Positions 47,836 through 58,455 of a stretch of DNA of 62,000 nucleotides are shown here, piece after piece (position 1 is the first letter of the stretch; each line of letters starts with the position of its first letter). The stretch lies in contig NZ_JMCB01000005.1 of NCBI RefSeq assembly GCF_000737315.1, positions 144,001 to 206,000 of the forward strand, given 5' to 3'. Position numbers and translations under genes: made by a program. The notes beneath the pieces are model-generated. The model ran no database searches, was not told where the DNA came from, and saw only the letters and a program-made list of their open reading frames with translations. This DNA comes from Hyalangium minutum. GTDB taxonomy: Bacteria > Myxococcota > Myxococcia > Myxococcales > Myxococcaceae.

Positions 47836-48432
47836 CTACTCTCCCAGCTCGATCTTCTCGTCGATGTCCTGATCGTTGAGCTTGGGCTTGGGCAGCGTGT
47901 CGAGCGTGGCCTGGAGCAGCTTGTACGTGGGGACGACGAAGGGCTCCACCTCGGGGCCGAACTGCTGCACGTACTGCGCGGTGCGCTCGCGGAACTTCTC
48001 GTCGCTCGCGCCCCAGCTGCCCGCGGCCTCGGCGCTCCAGACGTCCTCGCCGTCCACGCAGCGCATGAGCCGGGCCCTCACGGCCACGTCCGCGCCGTCC
48101 TGGGTGGCCGTCACCTGCGGATCCAGGTGGAGCACGCCCTCGATGCCCTCGACGCACTGGGCCTTCAGCGCCTCAGGGGTGGCGGGCTCGGCCAGGGTGA
48201 CGTTGGCCTTCACCAAGAAGTCCCGGTTCTGGTTGACGTACTGGCGGGCGATGAGGCTCCACAGCTCGCCCAGGGCCTGCTTGCCGGCGGGGAACGGCTG
48301 CGTCACCACCGCCAGGCGCTTCACCCGCTCCCTGTCCATCTGCTCGTAGTCGGGGCGCGTGAAGCTGTTCTTCACCGTGGCACAGGCGGCGAGCGTGGTC
48401 AGGCCCACCGCGAGCGCGAGTCGCTTCGTCAT
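47836..48432 (-). CDS. Lipoprotein, probably MXAN_6521/LA_1396 family
   Basis: Lipobox LAA-C; family name from recall and position next to MMPL and metK. Confidence 0.6.
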   Translation of the reverse strand: MTKRLALAVGLTTLAACATVKNSFTRPDYEQMDRERVKRLAVVTQPFPAGKQALGELWSLIARQYVNQNRDFLVKANVTLAEPATPEALKAQCVEGIEGVLHLDPQVTATQDGADVAVRARLMRCVDGEDVWSAEAAGSWGASDEKFRERTAQYVQQFGPEVEPFVVPTYKLLQATLDTLPKPKLNDQDIDEKIELGE

Positions 48433-48519
48433 CGTCGTCTCCCTCTCCCAGCCCCTCCGGGAGGAGGGGCCTCGTTCATCATGGCCGGGGCGGTGAGCCC
48501 TGGAACCCCTGGCGCCGGC

Positions 48520-51132
48520 TCAGGCCGCCCGGGTCTCGCTGCCGCTGCCTCCACCGGAGGCCGTGCCGTCCGAGGGCGGCCGCTGCCCGCTCTTGCGCAC
48601 GCGCCGGTCGTGCATCAGCTGCATCACCGCGGCGAGCACCGTGAAGGACACCAGCAGCGTGGTGATGAGACCGATGCAGGCGACCACGCCCATGGAGCGC
48701 AGGCCGATGTGGCTGGCCGCCAGCAGCGCGGCGAAGCCGGACACCGCCGTCAGTGTCGAGGAGGCCACCGCGGCGCCCACGCTGCGCAGCGCCACCACCG
48801 GCGAGGTGCCTTCCAGGAAGCGGTGCAACAGATAGAGGCCGTGGCTCACCCCGAAGCCCAGGAGGATGGGCAGGATGATGATGTTCATGAAGTTCAGCCG
48901 CAGATCGAAGATCGACATGAACCCCAGCATCATCGCCAAGCCCACGGTGAGCGGGATGACGGACGCGAGCGCCAGCGGCACGCTGCGGAAGTCCGCGAAG
49001 TGCATGATGAGGATCCACAGCGCCACCAGGATGACGGTGAGCTGGCCGTCCTTGAGGACGATGCGCGCCAGCCGCGCGTAGAGCTGCGCGGCGCCGGCGG
49101 AGCGGAACTCCTTGCCGGAGGCGGTCTTGATGACGCTCGTCTCGTCGGCGAACTGGAGCATCAGCTTGCCGTCCCACAGGTCCACGCTCGGGTAGATGAA
49201 CGTGAGGAAGCCGTGGTTCTCCAGCTTGGTCTCCGGCAGGTGACGGAACTGCTTGGCGTAGATGTCCGGCACGCCGTTCACGTCGAAGGGCCGAGCCTCC
49301 AACATCTTCTTGAAGATGCCGGCCTTCTCTTGCATCTCGGGCGGCAGGGCGGCGACGTCGATCTCCTTCAGCTCCTCCTGCCACTCCTGGAGGATCTTCG
49401 CGTTGGCCTTCGCGTTCTCCGGCGGAGGCACGAACGTGTAGATGCTCACCACCTGGTCGATGGACTTGTACTTCTCCGGGTGGCCGGTGAGCTCGTCGTA
49501 GACCTCCTTCGCCTCCTCGAGCGTCTTCGTGTAGACGGCGATGGGATCGCTGGAGATCTGGAACCGGCGGGCAATCTCATCCTGGAGCTGCACGGAGGGC
49601 TGCTTGGCCGGCATCAGCGCGCGGGTGTTGTAGTTGAAGCGCACGCCATGCTGGATGCGCTCGTGCAGCGGCAGCTCCTTGCTGGCGGACACCTCCTGGC
49701 TGCTCCAAGGGATGGCGCACGCGCACACCACGGCGACGATGACGGAGCTGATGCCCAGCAGCAGCCCGGGGCGCGGGAAGCGGATCTCCTTGCCCGAGGC
49801 GTTGATGGTGGCCGGCGGCTTCATGGTGCCGATGAGCTTCTCGGGCAGCGCCGGGTTCATGCGGCCGATGAGCGCCAGCAGCGCCGGGCTCCAGGAGAAC
49901 AGCGTCAGGCCGAGGATGAGCGTGCCGCTGCCGGCCAGGAAGCCGAACTGGCTGAAGCCGCGGAACTCGCTGACCATCAGCACGTAGAACGAGCCCGCCG
50001 TCACCACCGCGGACACCGCGGCGGGGCGGCCCGCGTTGATGATCGCGTCCCGGATGGCGATGTCGTACGGCTTGCCCGCGCCCAGCTCCAGCCTCGTGCG
50101 GAAGACGAAGTGGATGCCGAAGTCGATGCCGAAGCCCATCAGGATGCCACCGAGGATGCTGGTGATCATGTTGAGCTCACCCACGGTGGCGTAGGTGAAG
50201 CCCATGGTGATGATGGTGCCAATCACCATGCCGCTCACCACGATGACGGTGGGCGCCCACTTGCGGAAGAAGGCAATCGTGATGGCGAGGATGGCCAGGA
50301 ACGCAATCACGGCCACCGGCTGCAGCGACTCCTCGATGGCGTACGAGTCATCCACCGCCGTCTTGTACGAGCCGGTGTAGCCGTAGGCGACCGTCTTCGC
50401 GTCGCCCATCGCGTCGTAGTCCTCGACCAGCTTCACGCCCTGCGGGTTCGTCTTCGAGTACTCGGCCAGGTCCTTGTTGAGCTTCTCGACGTACGCCTTC
50501 GTCTTGCCGAGCTCGTTGGTGTCCCACATCGGCTTGATGAGGATCATCATCATCTTGCGGTCAGGCGAGATGTAGTAGTCGTCGATGATGCTCTTCTTGC
50601 CCACGCTCGAGTACTTCGAGATGAGGTCCTGCAGGTCGAGCTTCACGGGCTCGGTCTTCTTCAGCTCGATGAAGAAGGGGTTGTTGCGCCGGAGCTGATC
50701 CTTCATGTACGCGCTGATGCGCTTCTTGCCCTCGGCCAGGTCCTCCGTCTTGATGAAGAGGGCCATGTTCTGCTGCACGAACTCGACCGGAATCTTGTAG
50801 GTGAAGAAACGGACGTTCTCCTTGTCCGCATCCAGCCGGGCCGCGATGTCATCCGCGACGCGCTTGAGCGTGGGCTCGTCCGAGGAGCGCAGCGCGAGCA
50901 TGAAGTAGCCGCTGCCGCCCACCATGTCGATGATGCGCTTGACCTCCTTCACCTCGGGCAGCTCCTGAGAGATCAGGTCGAGCTGGTTCGAGTTGATGGT
51001 CAGCTTGGACGTGCCGTAGAGCGAGATGCCCAGCAGCGCGAGGATGACGAGGAGGACCGTTCCCGGCCTGCGGACCATCAGTCCGGCATAGGCGAGGGCA
51101 AAGCGGTTTGGGGGGTGGGACGAGGTGCTCAT
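48520..51132 (-). CDS. MMPL/RND family lipid transporter
   Basis: Two TM blocks with ILMGFGIDFGIH and ILLGFGVSHGLY; two large periplasmic loops. Confidence 0.88.
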   Translation of the reverse strand: MSTSSHPPNRFALAYAGLMVRRPGTVLLVILALLGISLYGTSKLTINSNQLDLISQELPEVKEVKRIIDMVGGSGYFMLALRSSDEPTLKRVADDIAARLDADKENVRFFTYKIPVEFVQQNMALFIKTEDLAEGKKRISAYMKDQLRRNNPFFIELKKTEPVKLDLQDLISKYSSVGKKSIIDDYYISPDRKMMMILIKPMWDTNELGKTKAYVEKLNKDLAEYSKTNPQGVKLVEDYDAMGDAKTVAYGYTGSYKTAVDDSYAIEESLQPVAVIAFLAILAITIAFFRKWAPTVIVVSGMVIGTIITMGFTYATVGELNMITSILGGILMGFGIDFGIHFVFRTRLELGAGKPYDIAIRDAIINAGRPAAVSAVVTAGSFYVLMVSEFRGFSQFGFLAGSGTLILGLTLFSWSPALLALIGRMNPALPEKLIGTMKPPATINASGKEIRFPRPGLLLGISSVIVAVVCACAIPWSSQEVSASKELPLHERIQHGVRFNYNTRALMPAKQPSVQLQDEIARRFQISSDPIAVYTKTLEEAKEVYDELTGHPEKYKSIDQVVSIYTFVPPPENAKANAKILQEWQEELKEIDVAALPPEMQEKAGIFKKMLEARPFDVNGVPDIYAKQFRHLPETKLENHGFLTFIYPSVDLWDGKLMLQFADETSVIKTASGKEFRSAGAAQLYARLARIVLKDGQLTVILVALWILIMHFADFRSVPLALASVIPLTVGLAMMLGFMSIFDLRLNFMNIIILPILLGFGVSHGLYLLHRFLEGTSPVVALRSVGAAVASSTLTAVSGFAALLAASHIGLRSMGVVACIGLITTLLVSFTVLAAVMQLMHDRRVRKSGQRPPSDGTASGGGSGSETRAA

Positions 51133-51319
51133 TGCGGGGGGACCCTACCGGCAAATGGCCCGTCTCGGAAGCAGCGCCTGCGCGCCCGGTTGCTGGGGCG
51201 GCGTCCGCGCTACAGGTTGAGCCCGGGAGGGAGGCGGCCGGGCGCCTACCCCTGATGCAGGACGGGCCTCCTCCCGAGGTAGGAAGAGGCCCAGCCGGAT
51301 GCCACACAGACGGGTGGGG

Positions 51320-51904
51320 CTACTTGAGGACGACGGACTTCAGCTCCTGGTCCTTGTCGCGCATCGCCTTGAGCAGCGCGTCCCAGCCACCCTCCTTGAG
51401 GAGCGGGCGGACCTGATCATCGCGGATGCCGGTGAGCATGGAGTCTCCGAGCACCGCCACGTCGACCACCTTCCAGCCGGCCTTGTCCTTGGCCAGGGCG
51501 TACTTGAGCTTGAGCTCCTGCTTCTTCATCGGGTGGTCGATGACGACGGTGGAGGCGACCTTCGCCTCTTCGCCCGTTACTTCAGGGTCCTCGTAGGTGA
51601 TGGAGGCCAGGTTCTTGAAGTTGTCGCGGACCTTGGGGAAGGCAATCTTCGCGAAGAGGTTGTGGAAGAGCTGGATGAACTCCTTGCGCTGGGCCTCGGA
51701 GGCCTTCTCCCACTCCTCGCCGACGAGGAACTTGGCCTGCTGCTCACCGCCAAAGTTCTTGAGGGCGGCCAGGTCCTTGCCATAGCGCACGGACTGGACG
51801 ACGGTCTTCACGGGCTTGGAGACCGCCTCGTTCGGCGCGGCGAAAGCCGGCAGGGCGAGCACGAGGGCGGCCAGAAGGGGGACGCAGCGGAGGCGAGCGT
51901 TCAT
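51320..51904 (-). CDS. MlaC/Ttg2D/HpnM-like periplasmic lipid-binding protein
   Basis: Signal peptide; WEKASEAQRKEFIQLF; WKVVDVAVLGDSML. Confidence 0.78.
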   Translation of the reverse strand: MNARLRCVPLLAALVLALPAFAAPNEAVSKPVKTVVQSVRYGKDLAALKNFGGEQQAKFLVGEEWEKASEAQRKEFIQLFHNLFAKIAFPKVRDNFKNLASITYEDPEVTGEEAKVASTVVIDHPMKKQELKLKYALAKDKAGWKVVDVAVLGDSMLTGIRDDQVRPLLKEGGWDALLKAMRDKDQELKSVVLK

Positions 51905-52051
51905 ACGGATCCTTGTTCCTGTCGAAAGGAAGCGAGGGCTTCCTGTAGCCCAGGGGAACGTCTGGCGCTCTGGAAAATTCACTCAGCGTTCCGGGCCCCT
52001 TGCCTGCCGGGCAGGACACAGAAAATCGAATTCGAGGGCTGCTCACGGGGT

Positions 52052-52081
52052 TTGACTGGGGAAGGACCCCACGTCTAGTGT
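52052..52081 (+). promoter_or_regulatory. Putative sigma70-type promoter of metK
   Basis: TTGACT-N18-TAGTGT about 47 nt before ATG. Confidence 0.55.
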
Positions 52082-52128
52082 CCGGTGACGCGGGACTTCG
52101 CGCCTGCCTCAAAATCTCCCGAGAAGAC

Positions 52129-54709
<2,581 letters not shown>

Positions 54710-54723
54710 GCCGCGGAAGAGAG

Positions 54724-54879
54724 AGGGGAAAGGTTGCTGCCCGAGTGGTGAAGCCACTTTTGGTTGGCTGACCAATTCAGGTCTGGAGCGGAGTTGAACC
54801 GCGTCGCTTATGAGGCGATTACCAGGAGCGTGTGGGGCCTCACCGGCCAGGCAGCTGAGGGGAAGGACGAAATTCCCCT
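54724..54879 (+). ncRNA. Candidate structured non-coding RNA (unassigned)
   Basis: Four nested long-range helices and three apical hairpins found by eye in the gap between convergent genes. Confidence 0.4.
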
Positions 54880-54901
54880 TAAAATCCTGACAGCGCTCCT
54901 G

Positions 54902-55372
54902 TCACTCCGGGAAGGTCGCCAGCGTGAGGGCCTCGGGCGGGCCCTTCAGCTCGCGAGGAAGCTTCAGCACCCCGGAGTGGTAGCGCCAGCCCGTCCCGTC
55001 GTGGCGGAAGTCCGAGCGCTCCACGAACGAGCGGTCCTTTCCCTTCTCGAACACCTTGGCGAAGAAGAGCACCTGCGCCACGCCCTGCTCGTCCGGTGGC
55101 CGGCGGTCCATGACCACCAGCCCTGGGAACTGGTGGGTCTGCAGGTAGGTGCGCAGCTCACGTGACGCCTCGGCCTCCGGCCGTTTCCGGTCCGGGTGAT
55201 CCGGGTGCAGGGACTTCCAGAGCCAGGCTACCTCGCGCATCGCAAAGGCGCTGTAGCGGGAGCGCATGAGCGCCTCGGCGTCGGGAGGCTCGGCCTGGCC
55301 ACGGTGGTAGGGCGCGCAGCACTGGCTGTAGCGAAGGCCAGACGAACAGGGGCAGGGTGGGGCAGGGGGCAT
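54902..55372 (-). CDS. ychJ: YchJ family protein with SEC-C motif
   Basis: CPCSSG..YSQCC, EALMRSRYSAF, ERSDF..WRY. Confidence 0.88.
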   Translation of the reverse strand: MPPAPPCPCSSGLRYSQCCAPYHRGQAEPPDAEALMRSRYSAFAMREVAWLWKSLHPDHPDRKRPEAEASRELRTYLQTHQFPGLVVMDRRPPDEQGVAQVLFFAKVFEKGKDRSFVERSDFRHDGTGWRYHSGVLKLPRELKGPPEALTLATFPE

Positions 55373-55503
55373 ACCGGTCGCCTCAGAGCCTACCCTCAGG
55401 CGGGCCTTGCCTACCTCCCGACGTATTCACCGGTGGACAGCGCACCGGGAGGTCATGGCCCTTGCGGGCCAGGGGTGGAAGGCTTACATCCGGTCCTCTC
55501 CTT

Positions 55504-56400
55504 ATGAGTCTCATCGAAGCCATCGTCCTCGGGCTGGTCCAGGGGCTCACTGAGTTCCTTCCCATCAGCTCCACCGCGCACCTGCGCATCGTCCCGGAGC
55601 TGCTCGGCTGGAAGGATCCCGGTGCGGCCTACTCTGCCGTCATCCAGCTGGGCACGGTGGCCGCCGTGCTCATCTACTTCCGCGGCGACCTGGTGAAGCT
55701 CACCGTCGCCTTCTTCCAGGGGCTCGCGCGCCGCCAGCCGTTCGCCACCCTGGAGTCCCGCCTGGCGTGGTTCGTGCTCGTGGGCACCCTGCCCATCGGC
55801 ATCTGCGGGCTCGCGTTCAAGAAGCACATCGAGAGCTCCCTGCGCTCGCTCTACATCATCTCCACCAGCCTCATCGTCCTGGCCATCATCCTCTTCATCG
55901 TGGAGCGCGTGGCCTCGCACCAGCGGACCGTGGCTGACATGCGCTGGAAGGATGCCATCATCATCGGCGCGTGGCAGTCCGTGGCGCTCATCCCGGGCTC
56001 GTCGCGCTCGGGCACCACGCTCACGGGAGCGCTGTCGCTCGGGCTGCGGCGCGAGGATGCCGCCCGGTACTCCTTCTTGCTCTCCATTCCCGCCACGACG
56101 CTCGCGGGCGTCTTCGAGCTCAAGCATCTGCTGGAGGCGGAGACCCGGCCGTCCACCGTGGCTCTGGCCACGGGGACCCTCGTCGCGTTCGCCTCGGGCT
56201 GGGCCGCCATCGCGTGGCTGCTGCGCTACCTGCGCACGCGCTCGACGATGATCTTCGTCGTGTACCGCGTGGCGCTCGGGCTGGTGCTGATCGGCCTGCT
56301 CCAGGCCGGCGTGCTCAAGCCGCTCTCGGGCGTGGAGAACGTCGCAACGAATCCGTCGGAGCCTACGAAGCCCCCCGTGGAAAAGCAGGTCACCGACTGA
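55504..56400 (+). CDS. uppP: Undecaprenyl-diphosphate phosphatase
   Basis: QGLTEFLPISSTAH, PGSSRSG. Confidence 0.95.
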   Translation: MSLIEAIVLGLVQGLTEFLPISSTAHLRIVPELLGWKDPGAAYSAVIQLGTVAAVLIYFRGDLVKLTVAFFQGLARRQPFATLESRLAWFVLVGTLPIGICGLAFKKHIESSLRSLYIISTSLIVLAIILFIVERVASHQRTVADMRWKDAIIIGAWQSVALIPGSSRSGTTLTGALSLGLRREDAARYSFLLSIPATTLAGVFELKHLLEAETRPSTVALATGTLVAFASGWAAIAWLLRYLRTRSTMIFVVYRVALGLVLIGLLQAGVLKPLSGVENVATNPSEPTKPPVEKQVTD

Positions 56401-56401
56401 C

Positions 56402-57016
56402 GTGGACGCTCTCTTCGACAGACTGGAGGCGCAGCTCGCCTCCCACCCGCCCCGGCCCCTGAACCTGCCGGGATTGGTGCTGCGCGAGTCCGCGGTGCTC
56501 GTCCCGCTGTTCGAGCGCGACGGCGTGCCTCATGTCCTCTTCACGCGCCGTCCCGCTCACCTGCGCAACCACGCCAACCAGTTCTCCTTCCCCGGTGGAG
56601 GCCGCGACGCGGAGGACCTCACGCCTCTGCACACCGCACTCCGCGAGACCGAGGAGGAGCTCGGCATCGACCGCAACCGGGTGCGGGTGATCGGGATGCT
56701 GGATGAGCTTCCCACCGTCACCTCGTTCCGCATCCAGCCGTTCGTGGGCATCATCCCCAGCGACGGGCAGTACCGACCCAACGCCGATGAGGTGGCGTTC
56801 ATCCTCGAGGTGCCTCTGGCGGGGTTGATGGACCCGTCCATTCGCCGCACCGAGCAGCGCACATGGGAGGGTGTGGAGTACGACGTGTACTTCTACACGT
56901 ACGACTCGCACGTCATCTGGGGCGCCACGGCGCGCATCCTCTACAACCTGCTGGAGCACATCGCGCAGATGCCCTCGGGCAGCGCCACGCCCCTGGCGGG
57001 CAGCGGTACCGGGTGA
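56402..57016 (+). CDS. Nudix CoA pyrophosphatase
   Basis: QFSFPGG...TALRETEEELG; VIWGATA. Confidence 0.9.
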   Translation: MDALFDRLEAQLASHPPRPLNLPGLVLRESAVLVPLFERDGVPHVLFTRRPAHLRNHANQFSFPGGGRDAEDLTPLHTALRETEEELGIDRNRVRVIGMLDELPTVTSFRIQPFVGIIPSDGQYRPNADEVAFILEVPLAGLMDPSIRRTEQRTWEGVEYDVYFYTYDSHVIWGATARILYNLLEHIAQMPSGSATPLAGSGTG

Positions 57017-57029
57017 GGGCGCCCGCGCC

Positions 57030-58454
57030 TCAGAACTGCAGGTAGACGTACGGCCGGGCCTCGACCGAGGCCAGGTGGCGGATGCCCAAGCCGATTCCCA
57101 CCAGCACCACCGCGCGCACCGGAACGGGCAGACGTACGAAGAGCGTCCCCCCGAGCTCGTAGAGCTTCATCGGCAGCGCGTGGCTTACCACCGCAACGGC
57201 GAGCATGATCCACACCAGCATGCTCACGTTGGCCAGCCCCGGGATGAACAAGAGCATGCGCTCGTAGAACTCGGCCGCGTGCGTCATGTCCGGTGCCCGG
57301 AACACCACGCGCGTCAGCACCACCAGCGTGAACGTGAAGAGCATCCCCACGCCCGCGCGGAGCCAGCTCACCGACTCCTTCTCCGGCCGTCCGCCTCGGA
57401 TCCACCACCACGTGCGGGTGATGCACAGGCCCACGCCGTGCACGGCACCCCACACCGCAAAGCGCCAGTCCGCCCCGTGCCACAGGCCGCCCAGCACCAT
57501 CACCGTCATCAGGTTGAACAGCACCCGTGGCTTCGAGGCCCGGTTGCCGCCCAGCGGAATGTAGAGGTAGTCCCGCAGCCAGCTCGACAGGCTCATGTGC
57601 CAGCGGTTCCAGAACTCGAAGAGGTTCTTCGCCAGGTACGGCCGCGCGAAGTTCTCTGGGAACTCGAAGCCCAGCAGTGCCGCCGCGCCAATCGCGATGT
57701 CCGAGTACCCCGAGAAGTCGAAGTACAGCTCGAACGTGTAGGCCACTGCCGCCATCGCGCACTCGGCCGAGGTGTACGCCGCGGGGTCTCCGAAGACCGG
57801 GTCTACCAGCCCGCTCCCCAGCACGTCCGCGATCACCATCTTCTTCACCAGGCCCACCGCGATCCGGTACATCGCCCGGCCGCCCTGCTCGGTCGTCAGC
57901 GTGGGCACGTCGTTGAAGCGATCCAGCAGCGCCGAGGCCCTCACGATGGGCCCCGAGACGACGCGCGGGAAGAAGAGCAGGTAGAGCAGGTGCTCCAGGT
58001 AGCTGTGCTCCGCGCTCGCCTTGCCGCGGTACACGTCCACCACGTAGCTGATCGCCTGGAAGCACAGGAACGACAGACCGATGGGCAGGATCAGCCCGAA
58101 GGGCTCCTGGCGCACCTCGATGCCCCAGGGCGCCAGCAGCGACCGCGCCGTCTCGCGGAACAGCTCCGCGTACTTGAACGTGGCCAGCATGCCCAGGTTC
58201 GACACCACCGACGCCGTCACCAGCAGCTTGCGCAGCCGGGAAGACTGCGTCCGCGCCAGTCCCCGGACAATGAGGTGGTCCACCGCCGCGCCCCAGAAGA
58301 AGACCAGGACCGGCAGCGGTGTCCACACCGTATAGAAGTAGAGGCTCGAGACGAGCAGCACGCCCAGGCGCGCCACTCGGTGGCGGTGCACCGCCCAGTA
58401 CAGCGCGAAGACCAGGGCCAGGAAGGCCAGATAGGAGATGCTGGTGGACGGCAT
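57030..58454 (-). CDS. MBOAT O-acyltransferase (AlgI/PatA-like)
   Basis: LPIGLSF..FQAISY, YFDFSGYSDIA, FWNRWHMSLS, GLWHGA. Confidence 0.92.
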   Translation of the reverse strand: MPSTSISYLAFLALVFALYWAVHRHRVARLGVLLVSSLYFYTVWTPLPVLVFFWGAAVDHLIVRGLARTQSSRLRKLLVTASVVSNLGMLATFKYAELFRETARSLLAPWGIEVRQEPFGLILPIGLSFLCFQAISYVVDVYRGKASAEHSYLEHLLYLLFFPRVVSGPIVRASALLDRFNDVPTLTTEQGGRAMYRIAVGLVKKMVIADVLGSGLVDPVFGDPAAYTSAECAMAAVAYTFELYFDFSGYSDIAIGAAALLGFEFPENFARPYLAKNLFEFWNRWHMSLSSWLRDYLYIPLGGNRASKPRVLFNLMTVMVLGGLWHGADWRFAVWGAVHGVGLCITRTWWWIRGGRPEKESVSWLRAGVGMLFTFTLVVLTRVVFRAPDMTHAAEFYERMLLFIPGLANVSMLVWIMLAVAVVSHALPMKLYELGGTLFVRLPVPVRAVVLVGIGLGIRHLASVEARPYVYLQF

Positions 58455-58455
58455 G

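Noticed and set aside
48451-48470. 8-bp hairpin GCCCCTCC-GGGA-GGAGGGGC as a REP element
   Set aside because: Only one copy noticed in the window; likely an intercistronic stabilising hairpin
51905-52128. SAM riboswitch upstream of metK
   Set aside because: No SAM-I or SAM-IV consensus seen; the predicted promoter leaves only about 40 nt of leader
54724-54830. tRNA-Ser/Sec, tmRNA end or hammerhead ribozyme
   Set aside because: A T-loop-like GCGG-TTCAACT-CCGC exists on the minus strand, but there is no matching acceptor stem, anticodon arm or CCA; CTGAGGG lacks the CUGANGA core
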